Part shown: positions 36,981 through 46,462 of the stretch, piece after piece | Position numbering within the stretch: position 1 is the stretch's first letter | Layout of the letters: each line of letters opens with the position of its first letter | Source of the DNA: an uncultured Pirellulales bacterium | Lineage (GTDB): Bacteria; Planctomycetota; Phycisphaerae; Sedimentisphaerales; Anaerobacaceae | Assembly: GCA_964508785.1 (NCBI GenBank) | Contig: CAZDVE010000002.1 | Coordinates: 47,721 to 111,720 of the forward strand | Reading direction: 5' to 3' | DNA: 64,000 nt | Translations under genes and position numbers: made by a program | The notes under the pieces: generated by a model | What the model saw: only the letters and a program-made list of their open reading frames with translations | What the model was told of the DNA's origin: nothing | Database searches by the model: none

Positions 36981-39827
36981 TCATAAAAGCTTTTTCTTAA
37001 GAAACTTAGCAGTATAACTTTTTTTGTTTTTCACAATCTGCTCCGGCGAACCTTCGGCAACAATTCTTCCGCCGGCCTCACCTCCTTCGGGGCCAAGGTC
37101 TATTATATAATCTGCCATCTTGATAACGTCAAGGTTATGCTCGATTACAACTACGGTATTACCACAATCCGTCAGTCGCTGCAGCACGTTGAGAAGATTG
37201 TGAATATCAGCGAAATGCAGTCCCGTTGTCGGTTCATCGAGCAGATATAACGTGTGGCCGGTGGCCGCTTTACCCAGTTCGGCCGAGAGTTTTACCCTCT
37301 GGGCTTCGCCGCCGGAGAGGGTCGTTGACGCCTGGCCTAATTGTATATATCCAAGTCCGACGTCCGCTAACGTTCGCAGTATTCGCAGAATCGTCGGAAA
37401 GTTGGCAAAAAAACCGAGAGCCTCCTCCACCCGCATATCAAGTACATCGGCTATGTTCCTGCCTTTATAGGTTACTTCGAGTGTTTCGGGATTATACCTT
37501 GTGCCTTTGCAGTTTTGGCAGGTGACATATACATCCGGCAAAAAGTGCATTTCAATCTTTTTCGTCCCCTGACCCCTGCAGTACTCACAGCGACCGCCCT
37601 TGACGTTGAAACTGAACCGACCGGGCTTATATCCGCGAATTTTTGCCTCACGTGTCATACTGAACAACTTTCTGATAACATCGAAGGCCCCCGTATAAGT
37701 AGCCGGATTACTACGGGGAGTCTTTCCGATAGGCGACTGGTCTATCTCTATTACCTTATCAATCTGAGAGGTACCTAAGACGGTTTTATGCTTTCCGGGT
37801 TTCTCACGAGACCGATAGAGCCTTCGTTTCAATGCCTTTAACAAAATCTCGTTGACTAATGTGCTCTTGCCGGAACCGGAGACACCGGTGACGCAAATGA
37901 ACACACCAAGCGGGAATTTAACATCGATATTTTTAAGGTTGTTTTGAGCCGCAGTTTTTACTTCGATACATTTTGAAAGTTTGTATTTTCTTCGCTCTAC
38001 CGGCAGCTCTATGCTCTTCTTTCCGCTTAGATACTCGCCGGTCAGTGACTTTTCACAGTCTATAATATCATCAAGGTCGCCCTGGGCGAGAACTTCACCC
38101 CCCTGCGCACCGGCAGCCGGCCCAATATCGATGATGTGGTCTGCATTTTTTATAATATCTTCATCATGCTCAACTACTATGACCGTATTGCCTAAACGGG
38201 TAAGATGCTGTAAAATTCTCGACAATCTATCGTTGTCGCGCTTATGCAGGCCTATTGTGGGTTCATCGAGCACATAACAGACACCAACTAAACCGCTGCC
38301 TACCTGCGTAGCCAGGCGAATCCTCTGGGCTTCACCGCCGGCAAGGGTACTGCTGGTCCGATCGAGCGTCAAATATCCGAGACCGACATCCATCATAAAT
38401 TTAAGTCGTGCCTTGATTTCCTTCAATATAGCAGCAGCTATAACAGTTCTTTCCTTATCCAGTTTAAGATTGTTGAAGAACTTCTGTGCCTTCTCGATAC
38501 TCAGTGCAGTCAATTGATGTATGCTCCTGCCCCCGACGTGCACAGCAATAGCCTCCGGCCGAAGCCGAGCACCATTACAACTGCGACACGGCTGTTCGGA
38601 TAAATAGCCATGCAATCTGGTCTTGACATACTCACTTGTTGTGTTTTTCCATCGCTTGGTAAGATTCGGGATAACACCTTCGAACCGCAAACCGTATTTC
38701 TGCTCGTCGGCAGGGCTTGTTCCATACATCAGGATTCTCTTGTACTCTGCTGGTATTTGCTCGAAAGGTATAGACTTGCTGATACCTACGTTCCGGCAGA
38801 ATCGCTTGACCAGCCTGTTATAGAATATATTCATTCTCTTGCCGCCCTTGCGCCAGGCGTCGATAGCTCCGTTTTCGAGCGAGACGCTTTTATCCGGCAC
38901 AATCAGGTCCGGGTCAAACTCAAGAATAGTCCCCAGCCCGTCGCAGCTCTGGCAGGCGCCATACGGACTGTTGAAGCTAAACAGCCGCGGCGAGAGCTCT
39001 TCAAGACTGGACTGCGGATGCTCGGGACAGGCAAACTTTTCGCTGAAGATTGCTTTTTTCCATTGGCCGTCACCACCGTTTTTCTTGTCCGCATCCGGCT
39101 TCTGATTTAAGACAAGAAGAATTCCATCGGCCAACTTCAACGCTGTCTCTACAGAATCAGCCAGCCGAACACGAATCGAATCCTTAATGACCAACCTGTC
39201 AACAACTGCTGCAATATCATGTTTTTTACGTTTATTCAAGGCAGGGACATTACGCACATCGTAAACGGCATTATCCACCCGAACGCGAACAAAACCTTCA
39301 CGCTGTATTGCGGCAATAACGTCCTTGTGCTCTCCTTTTTTGCCGCGAACCAGAGGAGCACAAATCTGAATTTTAGTATCCTGAGGCCAGGAGAGAATCG
39401 AATCAACTATCTGCGAGGGATGCTGGCTGGAGATTTCTCTGCCGCATACCCAACAATGCGGCTGACCCACACGGGCAAAAAGCAGCCTGAAATAGTCGTA
39501 TATCTCGGTCGTAGTAGCCACCGTCGAACGAGGATTGCTGCTGGCACTCCGCTGCTCGATTGCAATGGTGGGCGGCAAACCTGAAATCTCAGAAACCGCC
39601 GGTTTTTGCATCTGTTCGAGAAACTGCCGGGCGTAAGTACTGAGCGATTCGACATATTTTCTCCGCCCCTCGGCGTAAATGGTATCGAATGCGAGTGAAC
39701 TTTTGCCGGAGCCGCTTATGCCGGTAATTACTACCATTTTATCGCGGGGAACGCTCAGGCTGATATTCTTGAGATTGTGCTCAGAGGCACCTATTATTCT
39801 TATTGCCTTTTCTATCATCTTTGCCAT
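36981..39827 (-). CDS. uvrA: Excinuclease ABC subunit A
   Basis: Two ABC ATPase modules (GISGSGKSSLAFDT, GVSGSGKSTLV, LSGGEAQR twice), zinc-finger Cys clusters, and the canonical length of 948 aa. Confidence 0.97.
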   Translation of the reverse strand: MAKMIEKAIRIIGASEHNLKNISLSVPRDKMVVITGISGSGKSSLAFDTIYAEGRRKYVESLSTYARQFLEQMQKPAVSEISGLPPTIAIEQRSASSNPRSTVATTTEIYDYFRLLFARVGQPHCWVCGREISSQHPSQIVDSILSWPQDTKIQICAPLVRGKKGEHKDVIAAIQREGFVRVRVDNAVYDVRNVPALNKRKKHDIAAVVDRLVIKDSIRVRLADSVETALKLADGILLVLNQKPDADKKNGGDGQWKKAIFSEKFACPEHPQSSLEELSPRLFSFNSPYGACQSCDGLGTILEFDPDLIVPDKSVSLENGAIDAWRKGGKRMNIFYNRLVKRFCRNVGISKSIPFEQIPAEYKRILMYGTSPADEQKYGLRFEGVIPNLTKRWKNTTSEYVKTRLHGYLSEQPCRSCNGARLRPEAIAVHVGGRSIHQLTALSIEKAQKFFNNLKLDKERTVIAAAILKEIKARLKFMMDVGLGYLTLDRTSSTLAGGEAQRIRLATQVGSGLVGVCYVLDEPTIGLHKRDNDRLSRILQHLTRLGNTVIVVEHDEDIIKNADHIIDIGPAAGAQGGEVLAQGDLDDIIDCEKSLTGEYLSGKKSIELPVERRKYKLSKCIEVKTAAQNNLKNIDVKFPLGVFICVTGVSGSGKSTLVNEILLKALKRRLYRSREKPGKHKTVLGTSQIDKVIEIDQSPIGKTPRSNPATYTGAFDVIRKLFSMTREAKIRGYKPGRFSFNVKGGRCEYCRGQGTKKIEMHFLPDVYVTCQNCKGTRYNPETLEVTYKGRNIADVLDMRVEEALGFFANFPTILRILRTLADVGLGYIQLGQASTTLSGGEAQRVKLSAELGKAATGHTLYLLDEPTTGLHFADIHNLLNVLQRLTDCGNTVVVIEHNLDVIKMADYIIDLGPEGGEAGGRIVAEGSPEQIVKNKKSYTAKFLKKKLL

Positions 39828-39959
39828 ACTGTTTTTATATGAAAGGATACTCTATAAAAAAATCCACGATAAAATCAAACAGATGATTGTAACAAACCAC
39901 TGCGAGAAGGTAAAATGTTTTCCCGGCATATAAAGATATAAACTGAAGAAACGACTCTT

Positions 39960-40670
39960 ATGCAAACAAGGAAACTACATAAATGGAACTTGTCTTATTC
40001 GCAGGCGATAGAGCAGCAAAAACGGCTCGCCGGGCAGGTAAAGCATATTAAACTTAAAAATCGGCCTAAAACCATCGCCGGTCTGGATTGCGCTTTCAGC
40101 AAGGACGGTCAAAAAATTATAGCTGTGGTTGTCGTTTTGCGGCCGCCCGAATTCGAGCCTGTCGAAACAGCCAGCGCCACTCGAAAGGTAACTTTTCCTT
40201 ATATACCCGGTTTACTTTCCATTCGTGAAGCCCCCGTATGCATTGCGGCAGTAGAAAAGCTGCGAAATGAGCCGGATTTGTTTATTATAGACGGTCAGGG
40301 CATCGCCCACCCCCGCCGATTAGGTCTGGCAGCGCATCTGGGCCTGTTTTTCGATAAACCAACCATCGGCTGTGCAAAAAGCAGACTAACCGGTCGATTT
40401 GAAGAACCTCTACTCGAAAAGGGTAGCTACAGTTTGTTAAAATATAAGAAAGGTAAAACAAGTCACGAACCACGAACAACAAGAGACGAAGTAATCGGTG
40501 CGGTAGTTAGAACACGAACTAACGTCAAGCCGGTATTTGTCTCGGTCGGGAATAAATGCCTGCTTAAAGATGCAATAGAAATTGTCTTAGCTTGTGCAAT
40601 AAAATATCGCCTGCCGGAACCTACACGTCAGGCACATCAACTCGTTAGTAAATTAAGATTGAAAATCTGA
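39960..40670 (+). CDS. nfi: Endonuclease V (deoxyinosine 3' endonuclease)
   Basis: AGLDCAF...YIPGLLSIREAP...LFIIDGQGIAHPRRLGLAAHLGLFFDKPTIGCAKSRL...VFVSVGN match Nfi catalytic motifs. Confidence 0.9.
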   Translation: MQTRKLHKWNLSYSQAIEQQKRLAGQVKHIKLKNRPKTIAGLDCAFSKDGQKIIAVVVVLRPPEFEPVETASATRKVTFPYIPGLLSIREAPVCIAAVEKLRNEPDLFIIDGQGIAHPRRLGLAAHLGLFFDKPTIGCAKSRLTGRFEEPLLEKGSYSLLKYKKGKTSHEPRTTRDEVIGAVVRTRTNVKPVFVSVGNKCLLKDAIEIVLACAIKYRLPEPTRQAHQLVSKLRLKI

Positions 40671-40700
40671 TTATACCTAAACCGGAGTTTCACAGCGAAT

Positions 40701-41351
40701 TTACTCAGCGACAATCGTCGCCGATACTATTATCACCGGTTCAACCGGGACATCGTCCATACCCATTCGCGTGGTCGTTTTTACCTGTGCTATTGCATCC
40801 ACAACATCCATACCCTCGACGGTCTTTCCAAATACTGTGTATCCCGGATTAGCATTCCCGTCGTAGTTCAAATAATCGTTGTTTCTATGATTTATGAAAA
40901 ACTGGCAAGTTGCGCTATCAGGGTCAGAGATGCGGGCCATAGCAATGGTACCGAGGTCGTTTTTCAGGCCGTTGGAAGCCTCACTAACAATCGGGTCACG
41001 GGTCTGTTTCTGTACCATTTGGGCGGTGAAACCGCCGCCCTGTATCATAAAGTTCGGAATGACTCGATGAAATATTGTTCCATTATAGTGACCCTGCTCT
41101 ACATAATCGAGGAAATTTTTGACCGTGACAGGAGCAGCCTGCTCGTTCAACTCAATAACAATATCCCCCATACTTGTTTGAAGCTTTACTAATTTCCGTT
41201 CTGCTTCCACTATGTTCCTTTCATAAAGTATCATTTCCTTCTCTAACTCAGCCTGCTTCTGTTCGAGAGGCACCGTTTGCTTTTCTGCATCACAACCGTA
41301 TACCAACGCAGCAGCCATCACAAATCCAAACAACCAAGACCTGCTGATCAT
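40701..41351 (-). CDS. Cyclophilin-type peptidyl-prolyl cis-trans isomerase, exported/lipoprotein
   Basis: Leader with LVYGC lipobox-like site, then GDIVIELNEQAAPVTVKNFLDYVEQGHYNGTIFHRVIPNFMIQGGGF...QFFINH. Confidence 0.9.
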   Translation of the reverse strand: MISRSWLFGFVMAAALVYGCDAEKQTVPLEQKQAELEKEMILYERNIVEAERKLVKLQTSMGDIVIELNEQAAPVTVKNFLDYVEQGHYNGTIFHRVIPNFMIQGGGFTAQMVQKQTRDPIVSEASNGLKNDLGTIAMARISDPDSATCQFFINHRNNDYLNYDGNANPGYTVFGKTVEGMDVVDAIAQVKTTTRMGMDDVPVEPVIIVSATIVAE

Positions 41352-41418
41352 AATGTAAACCTCTCTAAGCCACAGTTCCTATAAATACATAGTTTAATGT
41401 GCTTTTGCTGATTATCCA

Positions 41419-42450
41419 CTAAATGTCTTTATTGATTTTATCAGTCCACTCGTTTTTTTTAACTGAAGCCAGAATCTTCTCTGCGCATTGAAGTGCCGCG
41501 AGACCTTCTTCCGCACTGACCTCCGGCATGAATCGTCTGTCCGTAACCGCACGTAAAAAAGCCTCCTGCTGCAAACGCACCGGTTCTTTGTCATCTATCT
41601 GAAGCTGCTCAATATGCAAAAGGTCCGGCCAGTTCACGGTCGTAAGATTAAAATCGCCCGAAGCTCTCTGCTCTTTTATCCACTTGACTATATTAATATT
41701 GGGGTCGGCCTTAATAATTATCCCGCTCTTTTTGAGATAATCCATACTCAAATATGCCTGTCGACTGAACACCCTTACCTTTCTTTCGGTTTTCAAAGCC
41801 AATCTCGAAGCGGTTACATTGGCAATACAACCGTTCACAAATACAATCCTCGCATTACAGATATCTTCCTTTTCCTCAACGACATTAACGCCGACGGCAT
41901 CCACTTTTTTGACTTTGCTTGCGGCTAAAGACAGAATAATGTCTATATCGTGTATCATTACATCCAGGACAACTCCTACGTCGGTTGAGCGAAAAGGATA
42001 CGGGCTGATGCGGTCGGCCTCGATAAACTTCGGCTCGATATCAAGCCTTTTTATAGCCTGAGCGACCGGATTACAACGCTCGGAATGCCCCACGGCAACA
42101 ACACTATTTTTCTTTTTCGCAAGCCCGACAATTTTCCTGCCTTCTTTGACGTTAGCGGCAAGAGGCTTTTCAACAAGCACCGCAACATTATTTTTTATAA
42201 AGATTTCTGCCAACTGCAAATGCGTCACAGTCGGAGTAGAGATTGTCACGGCATCGACCTTACCCAGGACATCCATACAATCAGTGTAGGCCGGACAGTT
42301 ATATTGTTCTGCCAGAGATTTGGCTTTGTTAACGTCAATATCAACTACGGCAACAAGCTCGCTCTGAGGTAACTGGGCATAAACCTTCGCATGTATTGCG
42401 CCCATTTTACCTGCACCAATCACGGCAGTACGAACTTTTTTATTCTGCAT
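41419..42450 (-). CDS. Gfo/Idh/MocA-family NAD(P)-dependent oxidoreductase, directly downstream of lpxA
   Basis: N-terminal Rossmann VRTAVIGAGKMGAIHAKVY, EKPLA motif, C-terminal alpha/beta domain. Substrate not determinable from sequence. Confidence 0.85.
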   Translation of the reverse strand: MQNKKVRTAVIGAGKMGAIHAKVYAQLPQSELVAVVDIDVNKAKSLAEQYNCPAYTDCMDVLGKVDAVTISTPTVTHLQLAEIFIKNNVAVLVEKPLAANVKEGRKIVGLAKKKNSVVAVGHSERCNPVAQAIKRLDIEPKFIEADRISPYPFRSTDVGVVLDVMIHDIDIILSLAASKVKKVDAVGVNVVEEKEDICNARIVFVNGCIANVTASRLALKTERKVRVFSRQAYLSMDYLKKSGIIIKADPNINIVKWIKEQRASGDFNLTTVNWPDLLHIEQLQIDDKEPVRLQQEAFLRAVTDRRFMPEVSAEEGLAALQCAEKILASVKKNEWTDKINKDI

Positions 42451-42515
42451 CTTGTATCCTTAACTTATTATTTCACCCTCGTTGCCGAACCATTTCCAAC
42501 TGATAAATGAGGAAC

Positions 42516-43325
42516 TTAGTGCCTCCGACACTTCTCACGGTATCTTCCGAACCGATGTTCGCTGCTTTTGGTTATGACATCTATCATCGCACGAACATTT
42601 TCATCGAGTCCGTCCTCCTGAGCCAGGGCTTTCGCATTTTCCAACAAAACGCTCCCCTGTCGATAAAGCCTTTTATACGCCTGGCATATATTGTCCTTCT
42701 GTTGTTCGTTCATGCCGGCCCGCTGCATACCCCGCTCATTAACGCCGCGTACCTTTTGAGGATAATGTCCGCTTATAATAAGAAACGGCGGGATGTCTCT
42801 GTTTATTCCAGCCAGACCGGCAACATAACACCACCTGCCGATAGTAACAAACTGATGCGATGCAGCCAGCCCGCTCAACCAGGCCCCCGTCTCAATCTTG
42901 CAATGCCCTCCTATCTGCACATAATTGCTCATAACAATCTTGTCTTCAAGTATACAATCGTGCCCGATGTGAACACCAACCATGAGAAAATTTTCATTTC
43001 CAATTTCCGTCTGTTCGTTCGGATAAATGCTCGTATGGATTGTAACCTGTTCATGAAAAATATTTCCATCGCCAATCAAAAGACCGCCAATTTCGGCATT
43101 CGGCTCCAAACGCAGCAACTGCGGCCGGCTCCCAATCACACAATTAGCAAAAAACTGGTTATTTTTCCCAATCCTGACATTCTTATCAATCACGACATTC
43201 GGCCCAAGTTCTGAACCGGCCCCGATTGAAACTTCGCTTTCGATGACACAATTGGGACCGACTATAACATCATCAGCTAAGTCAGCTTCTGGGTTTACCA
43301 CAGCACTGGGATGTATTTGACTCAT
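42516..43325 (-). CDS. lpxA: Acyl-ACP--UDP-N-acetylglucosamine O-acyltransferase
   Basis: MSQIHPSAVVNPEADLADDVIVGPNCVIE hexapeptide repeats, then the helical C-terminal LpxA domain (GINRDIPPF...NERGMQRAG). Sits in the lpxD-lpxC/fabZ-lpxA cluster. Confidence 0.9.
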   Translation of the reverse strand: MSQIHPSAVVNPEADLADDVIVGPNCVIESEVSIGAGSELGPNVVIDKNVRIGKNNQFFANCVIGSRPQLLRLEPNAEIGGLLIGDGNIFHEQVTIHTSIYPNEQTEIGNENFLMVGVHIGHDCILEDKIVMSNYVQIGGHCKIETGAWLSGLAASHQFVTIGRWCYVAGLAGINRDIPPFLIISGHYPQKVRGVNERGMQRAGMNEQQKDNICQAYKRLYRQGSVLLENAKALAQEDGLDENVRAMIDVITKSSEHRFGRYREKCRRH

Positions 43326-43345
43326 TTTCTACTCACCATTTTTTT

Positions 43346-44656
43346 CTATACCGTCTCATCATCTACAAGCATAAATCTTATGTCCGCTTCGGCAACTACT
43401 ACATCGCCAACCATCGCTTTACAACGACACTGTGCGGTTCTTTTCCTTAACCTGACCGTTTCGGAAGTTAAAATGAGCTGGTCACCGGGAATAACAGACT
43501 TACGCAATTTCACGTTATCCATACTCAACAGCACCGCCAACTTACCCGTATGCTCCAGTCTTTGCGCGAACAATAATCCCGAAACCTGAGCCATCGCCTC
43601 AACAATTAAAACGCCTGGCATAATGGGCGTACCGGGAAAATGGCCCTGGAAGAACTGCTCATTGAAACTGACATTCTTAATGCCTTTTATCCGAGTGTCA
43701 CCTTCGATTTCAATCACCTTGTCCACCAGCAAAAACGGATATCTGTGCGGTAGAATCTTTGCAATCTGTCGAATATCAAGAAGTGCGTCGGTCCCAATTT
43801 CCTGAATTCGCTCCTGCTGTTGCGCCGCCTCAAACAATTTCCTCGCAAGCTGCTGATTTAAGGTATGGCCGCTCTTATAGGCCACTATTCTGCCCTTTAT
43901 AGGCCGGCCAACCAAGGCAAGGTCTCCGATTAAATCAACAATCTTATGCCTGACGCACTCGTCGGGAAATCTGTAATTATTTTTAATAGGTCCGTCTGAA
44001 TTAATAACCAGAAGATCACGTGGGCCTATATGTGTCCCGATTCCCCGTGCATGAAATTGCCTTGCTTCAGATTCAAGTAAAAATGTCCGGGCCGGAGCCA
44101 GATGTTTTTCAAAACTCTCCGGAGAAAGCTTATAACTGAAAATCTGCCTGCCAATACCCGTATGTCCACTATAATCCAAATCGTATGTGAGACTCAATCC
44201 GTCACCGGAATACGGCAGAGCGTAAATGGAGGCATCACCCGCGGTAATGGTAATAGGTTTGTTAATAACAAATTCTTTTCTGCCGACGTCCTGCTCAACA
44301 ACACCGGCACGCTTTAGAACTTTAAGATACTCGGCACTGCTGCAGTCCGGTGCGGGCAGCTCTGGGCCGTCAACCTCTACAACCATATTGTTAATCTCAA
44401 GGGCGTTGACTGCAGCCAGACAATGTTCAACGGTTTCTATACTAACAGAACCTTTCTTTATTGACGTACGACGACTGCGCTCAGCAATGTTCGAGGCAAT
44501 AGCATTAATCAGCACCGGCTCTGGAACATCAGTCCGAATAAAAGTAATTCCGGAATCTACAGGAGCAGGACGGAAAACAAGCTTTGCTTCCTTGCCTCCA
44601 AATAGACCGCGACCACGTATCTTACCTTCACGCTTTATGGTCTTCTGCAGCTTCAA
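43346..44656 (-). CDS. lpxC/fabZ: Bifunctional UDP-3-O-acyl-GlcNAc deacetylase / 3-hydroxyacyl-ACP dehydratase (LpxC-FabZ fusion)
   Basis: N-terminal LpxC ([19 protein letters not shown]...[17 protein letters not shown]...VEHCLAA...[10 protein letters not shown]). C-terminal FabZ hot-dog ([16 protein letters not shown]...[20 protein letters not shown]). Confidence 0.9.
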   Translation of the reverse strand: MKLQKTIKREGKIRGRGLFGGKEAKLVFRPAPVDSGITFIRTDVPEPVLINAIASNIAERSRRTSIKKGSVSIETVEHCLAAVNALEINNMVVEVDGPELPAPDCSSAEYLKVLKRAGVVEQDVGRKEFVINKPITITAGDASIYALPYSGDGLSLTYDLDYSGHTGIGRQIFSYKLSPESFEKHLAPARTFLLESEARQFHARGIGTHIGPRDLLVINSDGPIKNNYRFPDECVRHKIVDLIGDLALVGRPIKGRIVAYKSGHTLNQQLARKLFEAAQQQERIQEIGTDALLDIRQIAKILPHRYPFLLVDKVIEIEGDTRIKGIKNVSFNEQFFQGHFPGTPIMPGVLIVEAMAQVSGLLFAQRLEHTGKLAVLLSMDNVKLRKSVIPGDQLILTSETVRLRKRTAQCRCKAMVGDVVVAEADIRFMLVDDETV

Positions 44657-45680
44657 GTTCTTCTAACCTCTTACTTAGTTGCTTTAACTGCCCGGCCATC
44701 TTCGGCAAACGCTTCAACAAGCTTATAATTCGCAACGCTTGTGTTACCTCAAGTGCGGGTGTCCACATTACTTTCTTTCCGGCCGGGATATCATACATAA
44801 CACCGGTCTGGCCGCCGGCCATCGTACCTGGCCCTACTTCAATATTGTCAACCAAACCAACCTGTCCGCCCAAAACAACACCGTCTCCAAGTTTACTACT
44901 GCCGGAAATTCCGACCTGTCCCGCTATTAAACAGCATTTGCCAATAACCACGTTATGTGCAATCTGGACGAGATTATCTATCTTCGTTCCAGCCCCAATT
45001 ATAGTATTGCCGAATTTGGCCCTGTCAATACAGCAATTGGCTCCTATCTCAACAAAATCTTCAATTATTACGCCTCCGTTGTGGGGAATAAGTCTGTGTT
45101 GACCGTCGATAAATGAATATCCGAAGCCGATTGAGCCGATTGTGCTGTTTGCCTGAACGATTATATTATTACCTAAAAGGCAGTTGTGATATACAACGAC
45201 ATTGCTGTCAAGACGACAGTTCTTGCCTATTTTAGAATTCTGACCGATTTTACACCCGACGCCGATTACGCTGTTTTTGCCTATTTCAACTCCGTCATCG
45301 ATCACCACCCAGGGTCCAATGGATACTCCTTCTGCTGTTTTAACACCCTGGCCAAGCTTAGCCGTAGAATCAATACCTGAATCCGGGGCTTTTAGCTTTG
45401 GTGCGAAAATCTTTAATGTTTTAATTAATGCCTCATTCACATTTTTCACAATCAATTGCGGCTTGTCCAAACCTTCGAAGCGAGACGAGACAATTACCGC
45501 ACCCGCGCCGGAGAGTTTAAGAGAGGCTTTACGTTTTTCATCTGCGACAAATGTGACTTCATTTTTACCGGCCGCCTCGATCGGCCCGACGGCGCTTATC
45601 TGCTGACGAAACTGATTCTTATCGCCGACCAACTCGGCATTGATACGTTGAGCCAATTGTTCAATCGTCAACTTCATCAT
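44628..45680 (-). CDS. lpxD: UDP-3-O-(3-hydroxyacyl)glucosamine N-acyltransferase
   Basis: N-terminal LpxD domain ([17 protein letters not shown]) followed by long left-handed beta-helix hexapeptide repeats. 29-nt overlap with lpxC/fabZ. Confidence 0.9.
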   Translation of the reverse strand: MMKLTIEQLAQRINAELVGDKNQFRQQISAVGPIEAAGKNEVTFVADEKRKASLKLSGAGAVIVSSRFEGLDKPQLIVKNVNEALIKTLKIFAPKLKAPDSGIDSTAKLGQGVKTAEGVSIGPWVVIDDGVEIGKNSVIGVGCKIGQNSKIGKNCRLDSNVVVYHNCLLGNNIIVQANSTIGSIGFGYSFIDGQHRLIPHNGGVIIEDFVEIGANCCIDRAKFGNTIIGAGTKIDNLVQIAHNVVIGKCCLIAGQVGISGSSKLGDGVVLGGQVGLVDNIEVGPGTMAGGQTGVMYDIPAGKKVMWTPALEVTQALRIISLLKRLPKMAGQLKQLSKRLEELEAAEDHKA

Positions 45681-45800
45681 AAACCATACATTAAATACAA
45701 AATAAAACGATTCAATGACCCAGCAATAAAAAAAATCAAGCCATATCTACTGAATCAAATCCCTGTTGCATATTGATTTTAATACTGGTGAACCTCGATT

Positions 45801-46412
45801 TTACTTTTCGACTTCGTTCTCGGTTTTTTTCTCATCTGCATCCAGCTTGGCTATTACATCATTTGTGATATCCAAACAACCACCGCTGTAAATCACCTTA
45901 TGTGTACCGATAATCATCCCAAGCTCCGTCTGGATGGGAAACTCAGGTTCACTTTTTTCGAGCACTAAAATCAAATCCTTTTCCAAAGCCAGTACCTTGG
46001 TTGTCTGCAGAATTTTCCGATACAACTCCTGAGTCCATTGTTGTTGTTTAAGCGCACTCTGCCTTGGATTGAATTCCTTAAGAGCATCAAGCTCAGCCTG
46101 CTTTTGCAACATCTCTTTATACTGTGCCAGATGGTCACTACTGCCTACTTTCAAGGCACCGGACTGAAGTCCGGTTGAAAGAGCCTTAATCTCCAGGGAC
46201 AGTTTTTCCTCTTCTGCAGCCATTTTTTTGTTATCGGCGGTGATTTGTTCCCTGAATTTAGCCGTCGCTTTACAATCCCGCAGAACTCGTTCGACACTAA
46301 CTACACCGATCTTAAAGACTTTTTCACTCGGCTGGGCAGAACTATATGCATGGCCACAAAGCAAAACAATCATACATACTAACAATCCCAATACCATAAT
46401 TTTAATCTTCAT
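45801..46412 (-). CDS. skp: OmpH/Skp-family periplasmic chaperone
   Basis: Signal peptide, then a coiled-coil rich in K/E/Q (REQITADNKKMAAEEEKLSLEIKAL...). Conserved position between bamA and lpxD. Confidence 0.8.
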   Translation of the reverse strand: MKIKIMVLGLLVCMIVLLCGHAYSSAQPSEKVFKIGVVSVERVLRDCKATAKFREQITADNKKMAAEEEKLSLEIKALSTGLQSGALKVGSSDHLAQYKEMLQKQAELDALKEFNPRQSALKQQQWTQELYRKILQTTKVLALEKDLILVLEKSEPEFPIQTELGMIIGTHKVIYSGGCLDITNDVIAKLDADEKKTENEVEK

Positions 46413-46462
46413 AAAAAAATCCTTTCAAGATTGATTCTTTGTCTTATATCTTAATAATTACC

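Noticed and set aside
41419-42450. Assigning the gene after lpxA as lpxI, lpxB or gnnA
   Set aside because: The sequence is plainly Gfo/Idh/MocA (Rossmann GAGKMG, EKPLA), not LpxI (DUF1009) or LpxB (GT19). A GnnA function is possible but unsupported without the partner aminotransferase, so it is listed only as a hypothesis.
42507-43214. 235-aa plus-strand ORF opposite lpxA; similarly 44584..45102 and 44226..44666 opposite lpxD and lpxC
   Set aside because: Hexapeptide-repeat genes commonly keep long open antisense frames. The LpxA, LpxD and LpxC frames carry the family motifs, and these ORFs do not.
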